The notes beneath the pieces were generated by a model. The model was not told the DNA's origin. It searched no databases and saw nothing but the letters and a program-made list of their open reading frames with translations. Shown in pieces: positions 1 through 13,900 of a stretch of 64,000 nt of DNA; the first letter of the stretch is position 1; each line of letters starts with the position of its first letter. The stretch lies in NCBI GenBank assembly GCA_030248215.1, contig JASANG010003092.1, positions 124,001 to 188,000 on the forward strand, given 5' to 3'. Position numbers and translations under genes: made by a program. The stretch comes from Enoplolaimus lenunculus (taxonomy: Eukaryota).

Positions 1-396
1 GTTAATATAAAACTTTTACACAGGTGACAAAAAGACTTCGGAATTAAAAGATCAGTTATTCAGTAAACCCTTATCAGCGGTGAAACTTAACACCATTTTT
101 TTATTTGGCTTCATTTTAATTAGAATAGGAGCTAATTTAGCCTAACCCCGCTACAATCAGCTGCTTAGTACCGTTTAGTGAATTATTACCATTTTATTGC
201 CAAATAAAAAAATGAAAGAATTCATAATTGTTTGGATCAAGACAAGGTCCAAAAACACTAAGCCAAAATTTAAGCCTATGAATAAGCCTAAGCGCAAATA
301 AAACGAGAGATTTAATATCAGTTGCGTTGAATGCGAAAAAAATTTTTTGAAATCGCATGGATGACTGGTTTTACACGTCTTCACCTCGGGTTGATC

Positions 397-564
397 CCAT
401 GTACAGAACAGGGCCGGAACAGGTGTATAAGCATATTCCTAAGCCTAATCCTAAGCGTATGGATGAGCCTACTACTACGCCTACGCCTAAGCCTAAGCCT
501 AAGGTTAAGCAAAAAAATTAGTCCCCCTCCAGAAAACGAACCCGCCCTGTTCTATACATGGGCC
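397..564. mobile_element. MITE with telomere-like (GCCTAA)n core, family T1
   Basis: TIR CCCATGTACAGAACAGGGC / GCCCTGTTCTATACATGGG. The interior is AAGCATATTCCTAAGCCTAA... degenerate GCCTAA repeats. Confidence 0.75.
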
Positions 565-636
565 GAGAAACTGATAGCCGCTGGCATTGGCGTCAATGAG
601 AGTTTATTGTATTTATCGCAATAAAATACGCGTTAC

Positions 637-1559
637 CGTCCTTATCTGCGTCCCAAATCACATCAGCAATCAATTCATCGCTTGCTCGGTATCCAACTGA
701 GCGAATTGCTTTTCGAAGTTCGTCTTGTGAAATACTTCCGTTGCCGTCGGTATCGAACATCGCAAACGCACTGCGCCATTCTGAAAACATCAGTTTATAC
801 AAATACAATTTTTACTTAAAATGTTATGCTTCTAATGAAACTGTGAATGAACTCAAGTAACAGCTGCGAAATAGTTTGTCAATAAATAATTCGAAAATTA
901 GCTAAACGTTTAGTCTACATTAATTGCATGCAATCCAAAATAGACTAAGGGTAGCGCCATGCTTGTCGTACGGCACCATCCGACACCGTCCGTTACCATA
1001 CAGTATCTTTCGTAAGTAATTCGTGCACGTTACCTCACCGTGACACAGGGTGACGAACGGAAGTGGACAGTACGGCGGCAGACGGTGACGGACGGTTTCA
1101 GACAGTGACGGATGGGGACAGACGGCACCGAACGGTAAAGGACGGTGATGGACGGGGATGGACAGCGCCGGATGATGACAAACGGCACCGGACGGTGATG
1201 GTCGGTGATGAACGGTGACGGTCGGTCACGGGTAGTGCCGGATGGTAACCGACGGGCCAGACGTCAACAGAAGTATAGCGCCACCCTAACTCAATCCTAC
1301 AGACACGAATTGCTAATAGAACAGACAATGAGATTCAGTAAACAAACGTTTTAATACACAATTCTTTAACTGTTGCGTAAAAATTCCCAAGACTATCCTA
1401 ACGTTCTCTTACGTTGGGTACAGTTTCTCTTTGTTCGCTTGTTGATTCACTCAACTAAATTACAGATACACGCAGAATCTAAACTGCAAGCGTACCCAAA
1501 ATTAATTTTCCGGTATCTAATGACTTACCACGAACTTCTAGCAATGGAATGCCGAAAGT
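637..1559 (-). CDS. Calmodulin-like EF-hand protein, partial (exons 1559-1529 and 780-637; continues past the left edge; 5' end unresolved)
   Basis: Spliced reading TFGIPLLEVR/EWRSAFAMFDTDGNGSISQDELRKAIRSVGYRASDELIADVIWDADKDG contains a canonical EF loop (DTDGNGSISQDE) and the start of a second. Both exons have AG/GT boundaries. Exon sizes 31 nt and 144 nt with phases 0-1 and 1-1 match the conserved calmodulin exon 2/3 layout. Confidence 0.8.
949..1286. mobile_element. PIF/Harbinger-type MITE with GACGG-rich interior
   Basis: TIR GGGTAGCGCCATGCTT / AAGTATAGCGCCACCC, with TAA on both sides (946-948, 1287-1289). Related degraded copies at ~16872-17150 and ~38060-38260. Confidence 0.7.
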
Positions 1560-1935
1560 CTAAAAGAAAAACTGATTACTAAAATTATGCAGTTTAGTGG
1601 AAATCAAATTTTAACCGTTCGTGGCTGTGTGGTTCGTGCTTCGCATACCTCCAAATGCGAGTGCTCTTTCACATTCAAGCGGACTACTATAAGATTGCGA
1701 AATAATTCTGTGTTTTAGCTCGGTTAAATTGGCGATGACAATCACAATGCATTCAGCTAGAAAAATTTCGACATTTCCTGATTTTGGATCTTTGGATTGA
1801 ACCAGTGGTACATTTGGCACGTGACGCTGAGACCGCTCGTTGTTGGACGTGTCTGTTTTATCCTGATTATGATTAGTACGCAGATCAAACAGCGCATTCC
1901 AACAATTGAAACCTATTGCGGATCCCTTTGAAGCC

Positions 1936-4900
1936 CTATTCACACGTCGCAAGATTTTTGGAGCAAGAACCAGGTAGCTGCAATAGCAGCCGCGAGTTTT
2001 GTACAACGAAAAAGTTCTCGTTGGAAAAAACGTGCAGTTATAAACAGGTGTTCAATTTGGGTAGTTTTACGCTCAGCCGGCTATATTTATATTCAAAATG
2101 GGAAACGTATCGTGGAAGACATGGAGTAAATAGCAATGGATATTGCCAAGTTTGTCTTTCTGATAAAAATAAAATAATTTTGTAAACAAGCACTGCGGAC
2201 GAAAATTTTTTCACCTCCAAGAAATTCTTTTAAAACCATTAAAAGGACCTATTTTCTCGTCTGTCCAGAAATTTCGAAAATAAGTCTCTTGCACACTTCC
2301 CGCACCACCTTAAGCTTAGGCTTAGACTCAAGTTTGGCCTTAACCCTAAAGCCAAACCTTGACTCTTAAATGTATGGGAATGTTTACAATAGCCGAAAAC
2401 ATATTTTCCTATCCTGTTCCTTGCATAAGCCTTTGTTAAACAGCATGTAAGCTCCAAGATACATGGTTTAAAAGAAGCTGCTAAAAGACTTTAAGCTGGG
2501 TCATTACGGACAAAACGTACCTGAGCATAATGGTTGTCATTATGATAACTTGCGCGAAGAGATGGTTGTGACTTCGACGCTGCTGTATCCACAATACTAT
2601 TATTAAAATCCATCACTGAAGAACCGAGTCCGGATTCAAGTGTCTAAAAATTTGAAACAATTTGTAACAAAATTCTCGAAGCAATTAAAGTTTCCCCAAC
2701 CTGCCGTTTCCATAGCAAAAAACAACTCTAGAAAAATATTCAATTCACTCAGGTAATATCAAGTAAATATTTCGCCCTTCGAACAGGAAACCTTTACTCG
2801 ATAGTACCCGAGTAAAGTTTATAAATATTTTTCTTGATGTTGTCTTTCAGCTATGAAAATGACAGGTTATACTAAATTCTTACTTATATCTAACTTTCAT
2901 TCGCTCGTGATACCAGACGAGTTTTGCATTGGAACAATTTCGAACTCTGGTTGAAAATTTAATAAGATTCGGTGCATTAATCGCAACTTTAAACGACAGA
3001 AGTTTTCAGCCTGAGAATTAACTTTCAAGTTGAGCACCATAGTTGACAACATCTAATCAGTATTGGATTCTTTTGCAGTTTTCCAACATTTAAGGTTATC
3101 GCTTAAGCTCAGACATAGGTTTCGCTTAAACCTTAGTCCAAGGGTTAGGCTGAGATTCAGGTAAGCCTTTTTGTCTACTTCAGCTTTAGCCTGAGCTTAA
3201 TCCTAAGCCTAAGCGTGTGGAAAAAACGTACAGGAGTTCACTAGTTTATGGACAACAAAATAATGTTAGCATTCAGTGATGAAAAAATATTCAAAAGTTA
3301 AATGCCGAGTTAAAAAATGCGACTGTTTGTCTAAAATACTCACTCCTTCGCTTTTACCAACATCTCTTCGCATACGATACGCAGTTCTAGACGAATCAAG
3401 ACGTTTTTGTAGATTGCCAATATCATCACGATAGGTCCTTAAAATTTGGTCAGATATATGCAACAAAAATGTTATAACAACCAATTATGGACTGATTCAC
3501 TACCGGATCCAAGGGATGCGGGATGAGCGTACGCCAGCCCTCGTCAGATAATTTTGTGCGATAAAATGATAGTAAACTAGCTACCTTACAATTTTCCCCC
3601 TCAGAAAACTGTCGCATGTATAGCATACAGTAAAAATTGCATTTCGCAACATTTGCCAACCCTCCAAGTCAAAATTCGCGGATCCGCCGCTGGACTGATC
3701 CAAAATTTAAACCAAGTGTACAATATTTGCTGATTTCACTGCTCTCGTATCAACCGTGATCGTAGCTAGTATTCTTTAGACGAGGGTCACAGCAAACATA
3801 CAGGTACAAAAGTAGGTATAGTTTGGCTCAAACACTTAAATCAGTTGGGTTTTTGCAGCATATTTATTTAAATTCTTTTTTAAAACCATTACAGGGAACG
3901 GCTCCTTGGGATACCCTCAAGCTACGCGCCATTGCCATCAACATTGTCATAATTGCGGGCATTGCACAATTGTTAATAGTGACGTGCTTAGTTCGAGAGC
4001 CTTCCCCCAAAGCCTATGTCAGCCCTCAAAGTCAATAACCCTCTCTGAGCTTTTAAAGGACAGTGGCGAAACCAAGAATTCCTCAAGGGGAGCAGCCGCA
4101 GCGGCCAATCGAGAAGTTTATGAAGAAGGCATTACGGTGAAGGAGATGGAATTTAAGGATTATTTACTGGAGGGAATGTCACGAGAAAATTTACGCGGAG
4201 CTCGTAAGATACACTAATATTTTAGCCATGGCTGAAGTCAGAACTTCGAATGATGACAATTTTTTCTCCATCCAATCATTGATTTACGAGTTATGGTCTA
4301 ATAATTGATTTAGCAACCAAATTTGCTTATTTGAACTGAACTCGAGAAGTAGTGACCGGATGACTAAAATTGGCGTCTCTCTCAATTCAACTTTGCAAAT
4401 TGTGTCAAATACTTTAAACGTTTCGGCAAAAAATATTCGGTCTCAAGAGAAACACCTCCCTCTGCGTCGGAAACACCGAAGTTTCAGAATTCAAGTTTGG
4501 GTGTCGAATGAGCATGAGTATATAGATGTCGTAGCCCAAGTCGTAATTTAGGCCAATTCGTAATTTGTCTTAAATACGAATTGGGCTACTTCAGGGCGTA
4601 ATTACGACTTGGGCTAGCCCACGTCGTAATTCTTTCTATGCGACAAATGCACGCCTTGTGATCGATTACTACCTTAATGCCATATTCAATTACGAGTGGC
4701 TGATACGAATACTCTTTTCTGATTGCCTAAGTAATCGGTACCTGTTAGCTATCAAACAGTTTATTTTACTGAGTAAAGTGGAATTAAACAAGATTACGTC
4801 TATCATGTAACCAATCAGAAAACGCACAGCTTTATCAGACATGATCCCGCCTTGGGCAAGTCCAAGTCGTAATTCAGACTTTGGACGAACCCAATTCGGA

Positions 4901-7900
4901 ATTGGGCTGAATTATAACATGGGCTACGATAAATCAAAGTACCTCAGTTCTTGTCTAATATTTTCACGGCCTTCTTTTGAAGACTGCGTCAACAACGGCC
5001 TGGATTCGTCGGATAGTTTCCAATGCAACTGATTCATTGACGAAATATCTTGTTGTATTTCCTTAAAACATTTTCTGATATGTTAACTTTAGTTTGATAA
5101 ATCACACAAATTTTTTAATCCTCAAAAATTGGAATTGCTTTCAAACAAAGACTGCATTAACAAAAATTACTTCTGTTTTGTGCGCAATTCGTGAAAAGTT
5201 TTTGCCACTTTATACTTGAAAATAATTGTAGATTGTAAACATTGACCGGAGTGTTTGATTGTAGCGGCAGATCCAGAAATTTTTCACCGAGGGCGGGCTG
5301 GCGAAAGTTATGAAATGAAATGTTTACAGTAGGCTAGTTATGTGCCAATTTTCTGACGGATAAAAATGACCTTACCATTTTAGCATAAAAAATTTTGACG
5401 GGACGGCGTTCGACGCCGCTCTTCGCCCCCTTTAGAACCTGCAGCCAACTCAAGATCTCCGGGCTTCGAATAAATTTCAGAACGGACATGCGGGGTTTTC
5501 AAATTACAGTAAAGCTAAAACGTTTCCAGTGGTCAAAACTTTTCCAAAATGGCATACCCCCGGTGGCTTTTCTTTTGACTATGGGTCAGATTGCCTGCTA
5601 AATACTGTAAAGTTAACCGTACCTGTAAGATTGTAGCCAAATTCGCCGGGACCAGCTGGCTTCTGCCTAAAATATCGTTCAAATGATCAAGCTTTCGTCG
5701 AGTTTCGCTGAGTATCCGTTCAAAATCATGACGTGTGTCTGCGTATTGTTGATGGCACGATACGTATTGTTGACATTGACTGAGTTCACGCTAAAAATAA
5801 CCCGTGTTACTTTGAGTAGCGAACCTTTTATCTGCGGGACAGCAGTAAAGTAAGCTTATGCTTAAACTAATTTTTGCTCAGGGTTGGGCGCAGGCGTTAT
5901 ATTATGTTACCTACTGTTGCGCCCCTTTAAAATGACTAAAAATGTTACCATAGTAGCCCAAAAAAGGTATTAAAATGTTACCTCAACGGCATTTGACAGC
6001 CTTTGTTGAATGCTCAAGATTTCATTTGCTTTGAGTCGTACATTTTCATCTTTCGAACGCACAAATTGATTAGCAATTGTTTCCGCTGCAGACCGATCAG
6101 AGTCAAGATCCAGTTTGAACGCCTGAAACAAGCTTTATTATCTTTAAACTGTTTAGAAATGGTTGATGGTTAAAAAATTAATCTTTTTGGTTGCACTACT
6201 GACTAAATCTGAGCTGAGATGGAAACTGTGGGAAAAGAAGTCAATGGGGGTCTGAGTCTCCCCGTGGAAAAAATTTTGCTACCCGCAAGAAACGTTTCAA
6301 CCTCACTTGTAGGTCATGTGAAATGCTTCAATGCCGCTACTGAACATTTTTTAACTTTCCGTAGTATGTTAACCTGACTATGGGCCTGGCTAATATTCCA
6401 TCTTGAAATCATGAAAACGAACAAACTTATTGGTTAATTTTTTAAAGTATTAATCTGATTTTTTAAATTTCGTCTTGTTTCTGGTGTTAACCAATTAGAG
6501 TCAAGACACGATCCAGTTTGAACTCCTACAAATAATTTTTAAACAGCAATTTTTGAAATATTTTTTGCATTTTTGAAATGTAGCAAATTTCTGGCAATTG
6601 TAAGATTTTGGTTAGCGCTCCGTTCACAATAAAGTCTGTCAACGGTGCCTGCGTATTCCTAATCCTAAGCCTAAGCCTAAGCGTTGCAAAAATGAGTTCC
6701 TAACCGTAAGGCTAAGCCTAAGCCTAAGCAAAAAAATGGAATCTAGAATCTAAATCTACTCTTTCAAAGACCCACCAGAAACCTGGACGTCCGTTAAAGT
6801 AACATGGGCCAGTTTATGTTCAAAACATTAACCTACCTGGAGCTGTTCCAAATGATCTTGTTTTTCTTGTAAAGTCGCTTTAAGACCTTGCAATCTGTTA
6901 AATCTGTCGCTCTGTTCAGCTAAGTGAGATCGAAACTTGTCCAGCTGCTTGTAGTCTTGTTGAATGCTCGATAACACTTTTGACGATTCGTTGCTAAAAT
7001 AAAATTACTCCCAACTACAAATTTCCCATTGAGTTCATTACGACCCTGCATGATTCATCGGGGCCGCTTCTTGTTCACCGAGGCCCGTATCGTTCGTAGT
7101 TGCTCTATTCAAGAAGAAATATAATCCAGTTACAAATCTAGTCAAACATGTTTTGCGTACTCCTGTATCTTCGATGTTTCAGTGTGTCTGAAGGTTTTGG
7201 CATGGCTAGAAATTAGTCTAATTTTCTGCGAGAGTTATCAAACCATTCACTGAGTCACTCGGTGTGAGATTCCCGGAGAAGTCGAGGCACCCTAACGCGG
7301 GTAGAGGAGAGCGAGCTAGCCTTGGCGCTGCCTGCCGCGAGTTTGTGATTTATTTGACGGTTATATCCTGCTTTAACAATAGAGCAATCATATCAAATGT
7401 TTTAGTTTTAAAGATGTTTTATTTTTACACCAACACAATTGAGACATGCAAATATTCACTAAGTTTTGTCCAAAATAAAAGAACAAATCATTGCGCTTTC
7501 AAAATGTTTCTGGATTAGCTCGCGTAAACCACCTCTGGGATAGGAGTGAGCGCAGGGATTCCGTTAGAGAGATGATGAACGAATAAAATTGAAAATAAGC
7601 AAACACATTAGCTGTCTCATTGGCGAATACGCTCTATCCTTTCGGTGGGGGTTACGTTGCTGTCAATGAGTTATTTAGAACTATGAATTAATGTTTAAAA
7701 AGTGCACAATTTTGTCGCAAATTATGCGTTTTCAGCAATTAAAGCCGCATTCACACTGCAAGTTTTTGCAGCAAAATTTGGCAAAAAAACTTTTAATTCA
7801 AATATCAAACTTGTTCAATATTTCGTAGTCTGTAGCGACGGTAATTAGACTACTAAATAAAAACTGTAGAATATGAAAACGTTTCACGGTTATAAATTTC

Positions 7901-10900
7901 TAGTAACGACTTCTTCACGATTGAAAGTTGTTTGCAGATGATCCTTGCAGTTGCAAGTTTATATCGAAAATTCACTCTGCGCAATTTATTCGGGATTAAC
8001 ATATGGAGAGAAATAATTTATATGTATGAATAGCGTAGCACGTCAAATTACTTCATGGTTATTGGCTGGACTAATAAAATACATGGTTATCCTTCATATT
8101 TATTGCAATCGTCGGCAAATCCTTCATACAATTGCATGTGATGTATAATTATTTGCAAATACATGCAGCTGCAAATTCGTACTCGTGCAAGTTGCATCTT
8201 CGAATTCTCACTGCGAAAATTTACACCTGTGGCTTAATACAGTATCCACAATACCTTGCGTACACCATGCCAGAATTTTAGTTTAGCAGAGCAGGAAAGT
8301 GTACCTTATAGTTCGAGTTGATTTAGACAATTTCTCGTGATTCCGTCGTAGCCGTTCAACTGAACGTTGGATTTCGTCCGCGCCATGTGGAGCTGTTTGT
8401 GGTCGGATGAGACCTGCCAATGATTCGACTCGACGAAGAGAGTCTGACATCGATCGTAAGTCGGTCATGTGTCGCTAAAAACGGAAAAATTATGTAAAAG
8501 ATACTTAAAATTCAAATATTAAAAATATGCGGATATGTGTCCGAAAAATATATAACAGGAAATCTGAATTCGGTATTTTTAACCCTTTATCACATGAATA
8601 TCTTCTATTTCCCTGAGACCTACTTTTATGCTAGGATTCGAACTTCAGTGACTGGAGTGGGAGGCGTATACCATCACCACTCAGCTATAGGAGCTTGACG
8701 TTCGAGTCCGAGGGGGCTCTCACGTCTTGTGGTGATTTAGTACTATGTATATCTGTTACAATTGTTAAACACTGTGCGATATATATTATTTAATGTATAT
8801 ACACTGCGCTGAGTTGCCTATGGGCAACACAATGTGAGAAGGGGTTAATTTTGGCTGCACTCTGATCTGTGATGTATTGTAAAGCCAGACACGGGAAACC
8901 GTGGTATAAGTATTCGTAGGCTGGAAATGGAACCGATTGTAGGGCAAATGCTTTGAGAATTTTGTCGTCTCGAGTAACACCACTTGCAACCACGTGCCCC
9001 AACAGCGTTTAATATATCCGATTTTAGAGAAAAGAACACGAGACGCAGCCAGAATTTTGGAAACAATTCGAGATTCATAAAAATCTAAAAAAAGCACAGG
9101 TTTAGTTTTGTGTGTTTACCAACTGAAAAAGTTTCTAAAAATCCATTGACAAACGAAAATTTGAAAGAAACAAAAGAGTTTCACATCTAAATCGTTCTGG
9201 ATCCGCTGTTGGAAAACAAACCTCAATTGTATTGAGCTGATTCGGAACCGGACGGCTTCCGTGCGCTAATTCGGTTTCCACCGTTACGACATCGTTTGAA
9301 ATAATATCAAGTTGATTTCGGCATTGATTGACAAGCAAATCATATTCTTGATGCAATTTCGCAGCAGATTCACTTTCAGTTGCAGTTGTCTAAAACAGAA
9401 TTATTTTTTGCTGTAAATAAGACGCATATTTTTTGGAAAAAAAGTTTTCACAAATATTTAACTACTCATATGGAACTATCACGCGCTCACAGGTAGGAGA
9501 CCTGAGGGGTTGAGACCGCCGCCAGTCCATGAACCAAGAAACGTTTCGCGATTGCTGAAAAGGAATATAATACTAAATTACATCAACCTTCTGGCTAGCT
9601 TAGCTTGCGAGTGTTCCTTCATAGCTGTACACACATGGCAACGACAATTCCAAGGGATAGAGCGATCAAACTACTTTTACTAGGAGACACATCAATTTTG
9701 AATTTATGCGTAGCTTTCTCCTCACTTCGCTCGCGATCCTAAAATCAACCCTTGCCGTAATTGTTGGTTGTTTACTACCCCTAGTGAAAATTCTGGCTAA
9801 GCGCCTGGGATTAATGCACATCCATATACTTTGCCAATCGCTGGGGTGTGCTCTACCGGACAGCCTAAATTAACGCCCATTCTAACCTTTAGTTTTTCAA
9901 TTATTCTGATATATTCGTCAACAGTTGGCATTGCAATTTTTTCGAGCACTGAAAATTGGCCAACTCCATCGCGAATTGTTCGCATTGACAAATCACGAGA
10001 CATAGCATAATCGTACAATTCCTGGAAAATTTTCGCTATAAAACACCGCACGTGTTTCACAGTACAACCTTGTTGACTTTTATTTACTCGATTTCTTGCG
10101 ACTGCAAAATTGCAAGCTCGTTAAAAGCAACAAATTGTCAAACGCACTCAACGAGTTTTAAAATTGAAAACAATCAGTTGTTTAGCAACATCGCTCATAA
10201 TAATACTTATATAACAAAATGTTAACTGCATTTTAGCAATTGTTTAGTTTGATTTTCAAGCGATGGACCAAGAAAATGTGATGAACCATATATTAGAGCT
10301 AAAAATTTCAAAATCGTCAGGAATTTTATCTTCCAATTTCTGCACTATCTTTGCCGCATGTGGAACGCCCAGTCATATGGGGGAGCCATTTTTGCCCCAC
10401 AACACCCCGTCCCATGGGGTGCAACGAAACCACACGGGGTCCCATGGCACAGTTCAATTTGCTGTGTTATCAAAGTCTGTGATTTAATTAATACCGAAAC
10501 CGCTGTTTTGCATAATTTTCTCAGCCTTTATTTGATTTACAACATGTGCGTTACTCTTTCTAATTGTAATAGAAATAAAGCATGAATATATGCCATTTCA
10601 AGTAAGTCAGATTTATTTCAAACTACGATCCAAACCTTGGGTCCCTGTAATGGAAGGTGTCCCATTGATTACACATATTGCTCATATATATACAGTGGCG
10701 GATCCAGGATCTCAAAGTGGGGGGGGGGGGCAAAATTTCACAGGTAATCAACTTGCTTTTGACCCACACAAATCACGACATATTGTCACAAAATTGCTAA
10801 GTATATAATTTTTGTCGAGATGCTGTTGGGGGGGAGGGGGCACGGCCGGGGTGGCCCCCCATGGATCCGCCATTGTATATATATATACAGTTTGCACTTA

Positions 10901-13900
10901 GATGCTCGCAGTATTCTATTTGCGATCAAGCAATGTAAACATACCTTTATCTTACGATAGTAATCCCATTTCTCGATTGCGTCACTCGCAGTTACCGGCG
11001 TATTGTTGACATTTGATTGAAAGTCGTCCAACCAACGTTGAAAATCTTCAAATTTTTCAATGATTCGATTCAAACTTCGAATTTCATCTTCAAGCTAAAA
11101 TAGAAGCATAATTGAATTCATGAAAGGTATAGAAATGAATGAAAACCTTTAAATAAACGTATCATTTTTAAGTTTAAACCATACAAAATGATATCAAATT
11201 ATATTTAAAATATGAACCAAACTCATGCAAACAGTCACTAATTTACATCGCTAATTCGTGATTTGTTTTCTAAATAGAACATTCGCATGGCTTGTTGCTG
11301 TTCGCGGCCTAACAGCTCCATTCGCATCCCGGCTTGTTCTAATTTTTCTGATTGTTCCACGAGTCCACGCTAAAATAATAATCTACAAACACGTGCTAAA
11401 TTAGCCACGGTTGGGTTTCTGAAATCTTACTGAAGTGCTTGCTTAAGTTAATATTAGTTCACTTTTTGAATATTAATGAAATGACAATTGTATGTCATTA
11501 CGGAAAGAAGAGGTGTATAATATTATGCTGTATTACGAAGGTACCTAGAGACTGCGATTTGAAATAAACCGATAATTGTATTTAGAACGATTCGTCTAAA
11601 CCAAGTCAGTTAATTTTAGTGACTGAAGTGCTTAATTAACATATCTACGTTTTTAGAAACCATAAATTGAATAAGTAATTGCGTAGCAAATACTTAAGTA
11701 TAAACTTATACTTGAATTAGGTTCTAGAAACCTGGCAAATAAATTATTTAACGAAACGGCCACTTACACTAATCTCTTGATACACCTGGCATACAGACTG
11801 TTTGGTCCATTTTCGATATCCAGATCCGCTTTTCATTTCGCGAAATTTTCGCTCGTTTTCGTCGAGCCAATCGTCAACGTCTTTCAATGCGCCGTCCACT
11901 GAACCAAGTTGACTGGCCTGTAAAATGTTATCAGTACGACTACATACAGTAATTTGATATTTCTACCCATTACTCCAGTGTTTAGTTTAAAAGTTTTTAT
12001 TAGGAATAGCAATTTCTCGATATGCACGATGACTGCCTTGATCGCCACAGGCGTTACAGACTGTAGAATAACGTGCAGATCTAAAAAATATTTCGGTCAC
12101 TGCGTTCGGAAGTGACCTTTAAACGTTGTTATACCCTTCCAAAATGAAGTCCTGGTTACGCGTCTATTGCTTCTTTTTGAATAGATACTGCTTGAGTGCA
12201 ACACGGCACCGGAAATATCCATATACATGTTTATATATTTTAGGTTTATTTTCAACCTCCGCTTATACGCCTAAACATAGAAATACTAAAAACGAAATAA
12301 ACATTTAGTACACTTTGTTTGCGAATTTGTGATTTTTTAGTTCGAAGCATTTCCAACAACTGATCCCACTGGAGTTTTGCTTTATTGACGTCAGACGCCA
12401 CAGGACTTTGTGGATCAATCTGAAAATCATTAAATACAAAATACATTTTTTCTTTGATACTTGTTTACTTCCCCCACCCAACACATCAAGCTTCTCTTCC
12501 TACAAACATGACAAACCTGAGTCTAAGCCTAAGCCTAAGCCTAAGCCCAAGCATGCGATAGTATAATACAAACAGAGTAGGGTGGGATTTCTCCTTCTAT
12601 TAAATTAGCCCTTGTTGGCGTTGAAAAATAAACAATTATCCAAATTCCAAACCATTCTCGAATGCTTCTAAGTGGTGCCATTTATGCATACAATACGCGT
12701 CGCTATTTTATGCTTAAGGTATGTCTATGAAACGGTTTTTGAAACAAACGCAAACTGTGTTTGCTGTCATTTTAAGTTTTAACCAACTTTAGCCAAATTT
12801 GAATCTGAATTCGGGCAAAATAGCACGTGTGCTTTCAAAACCTTATTTAGATATGCTGATTATATATAATGGGCAAGCTAACTTGTGGTGTCATGCATAT
12901 AAGACACGAATTGTAACCAGATATAAATTTACACATGGGCTCGCATTCTCAAATGTGTGTAGCACCTATCGACAGTTAGTGATAGGTCTTGTAACTTTTG
13001 AATCAGTGAACGCTGAGGCTCAAGAATTGAAGAATTTTTCGCATTTGATTTGCTCTGTTCCTGTACCAATTTTGAGTTTTTGCCAACTGCAATAACTAGT
13101 GAGAGTTTGAAAACCTATTACTAACTGATGATAGCTGCTATACACATTTCAGAATACGGGCAACGGTGTGTGCGAGTTATTGCAGAAAATATATTACCTG
13201 TTCCACAATCGTCGACTCTCGTATCGCTTCGGTAATAATTCGTTCTTCTTTTTCCATCACTTGGATAATTTGCTAAAACAAATCACATCAAATTATTGTG
13301 AATTAGAAAGTGACCAATAATAGAAATATCGACTCCTTAAAGTTAAAATCTGATTTGAACGTATACTTTTAAACGACACAGCAATAATATTAAAGCTAAA
13401 TGCTTAGAATTGCACAAACTACTGTTCAAACGGAAGAGTTCTTGGTTCAGATAAAGATGCTATATTGGGAGGATCCAAGTTCAAGTCAACTTTTACGAAT
13501 AGGCGTAGCGAGCGAGGAATTTTTTTCAACCTTTAGGAATCACAAGGCTAATTCAAGAACACTTAAACGTAGCTATTGGTTTACTTCATTCTAAAATATT
13601 ACGGCTACTGAATGCTTATGTTTACTTCTTTCCAGATGCATTAAGGGGTACATCTTCTATATAAACCAGCTTTATTTTATTCTCCAGCCATGCCTCCATG
13701 TCAAATACTACAGTGACCCGAATAAGACATAGACTTTATTTTGCCTTCCCAAATGGTATCCAGATGTTATTCGATTACGAACTGTTATTTATTTTTAATT
13801 CTCTTCTTGAAGTTCGACCCAATATTTTTTGGCTGAACTGATTTGCTTTGAACCATTTTTGCTGATTGCCATGTCCATTAAACGTTTTTCTTGTATTGTC

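Noticed and set aside
1098..1328. 76-aa ORF
   Set aside because: Overlaps the GACGG-rich Harbinger-type MITE almost entirely.
2884..3009. Additional exon of the spectrin-like gene
   Set aside because: Candidate splice sites give stops or incompatible phases; exons 3437-3344 and 2643-2521 already join in phase.
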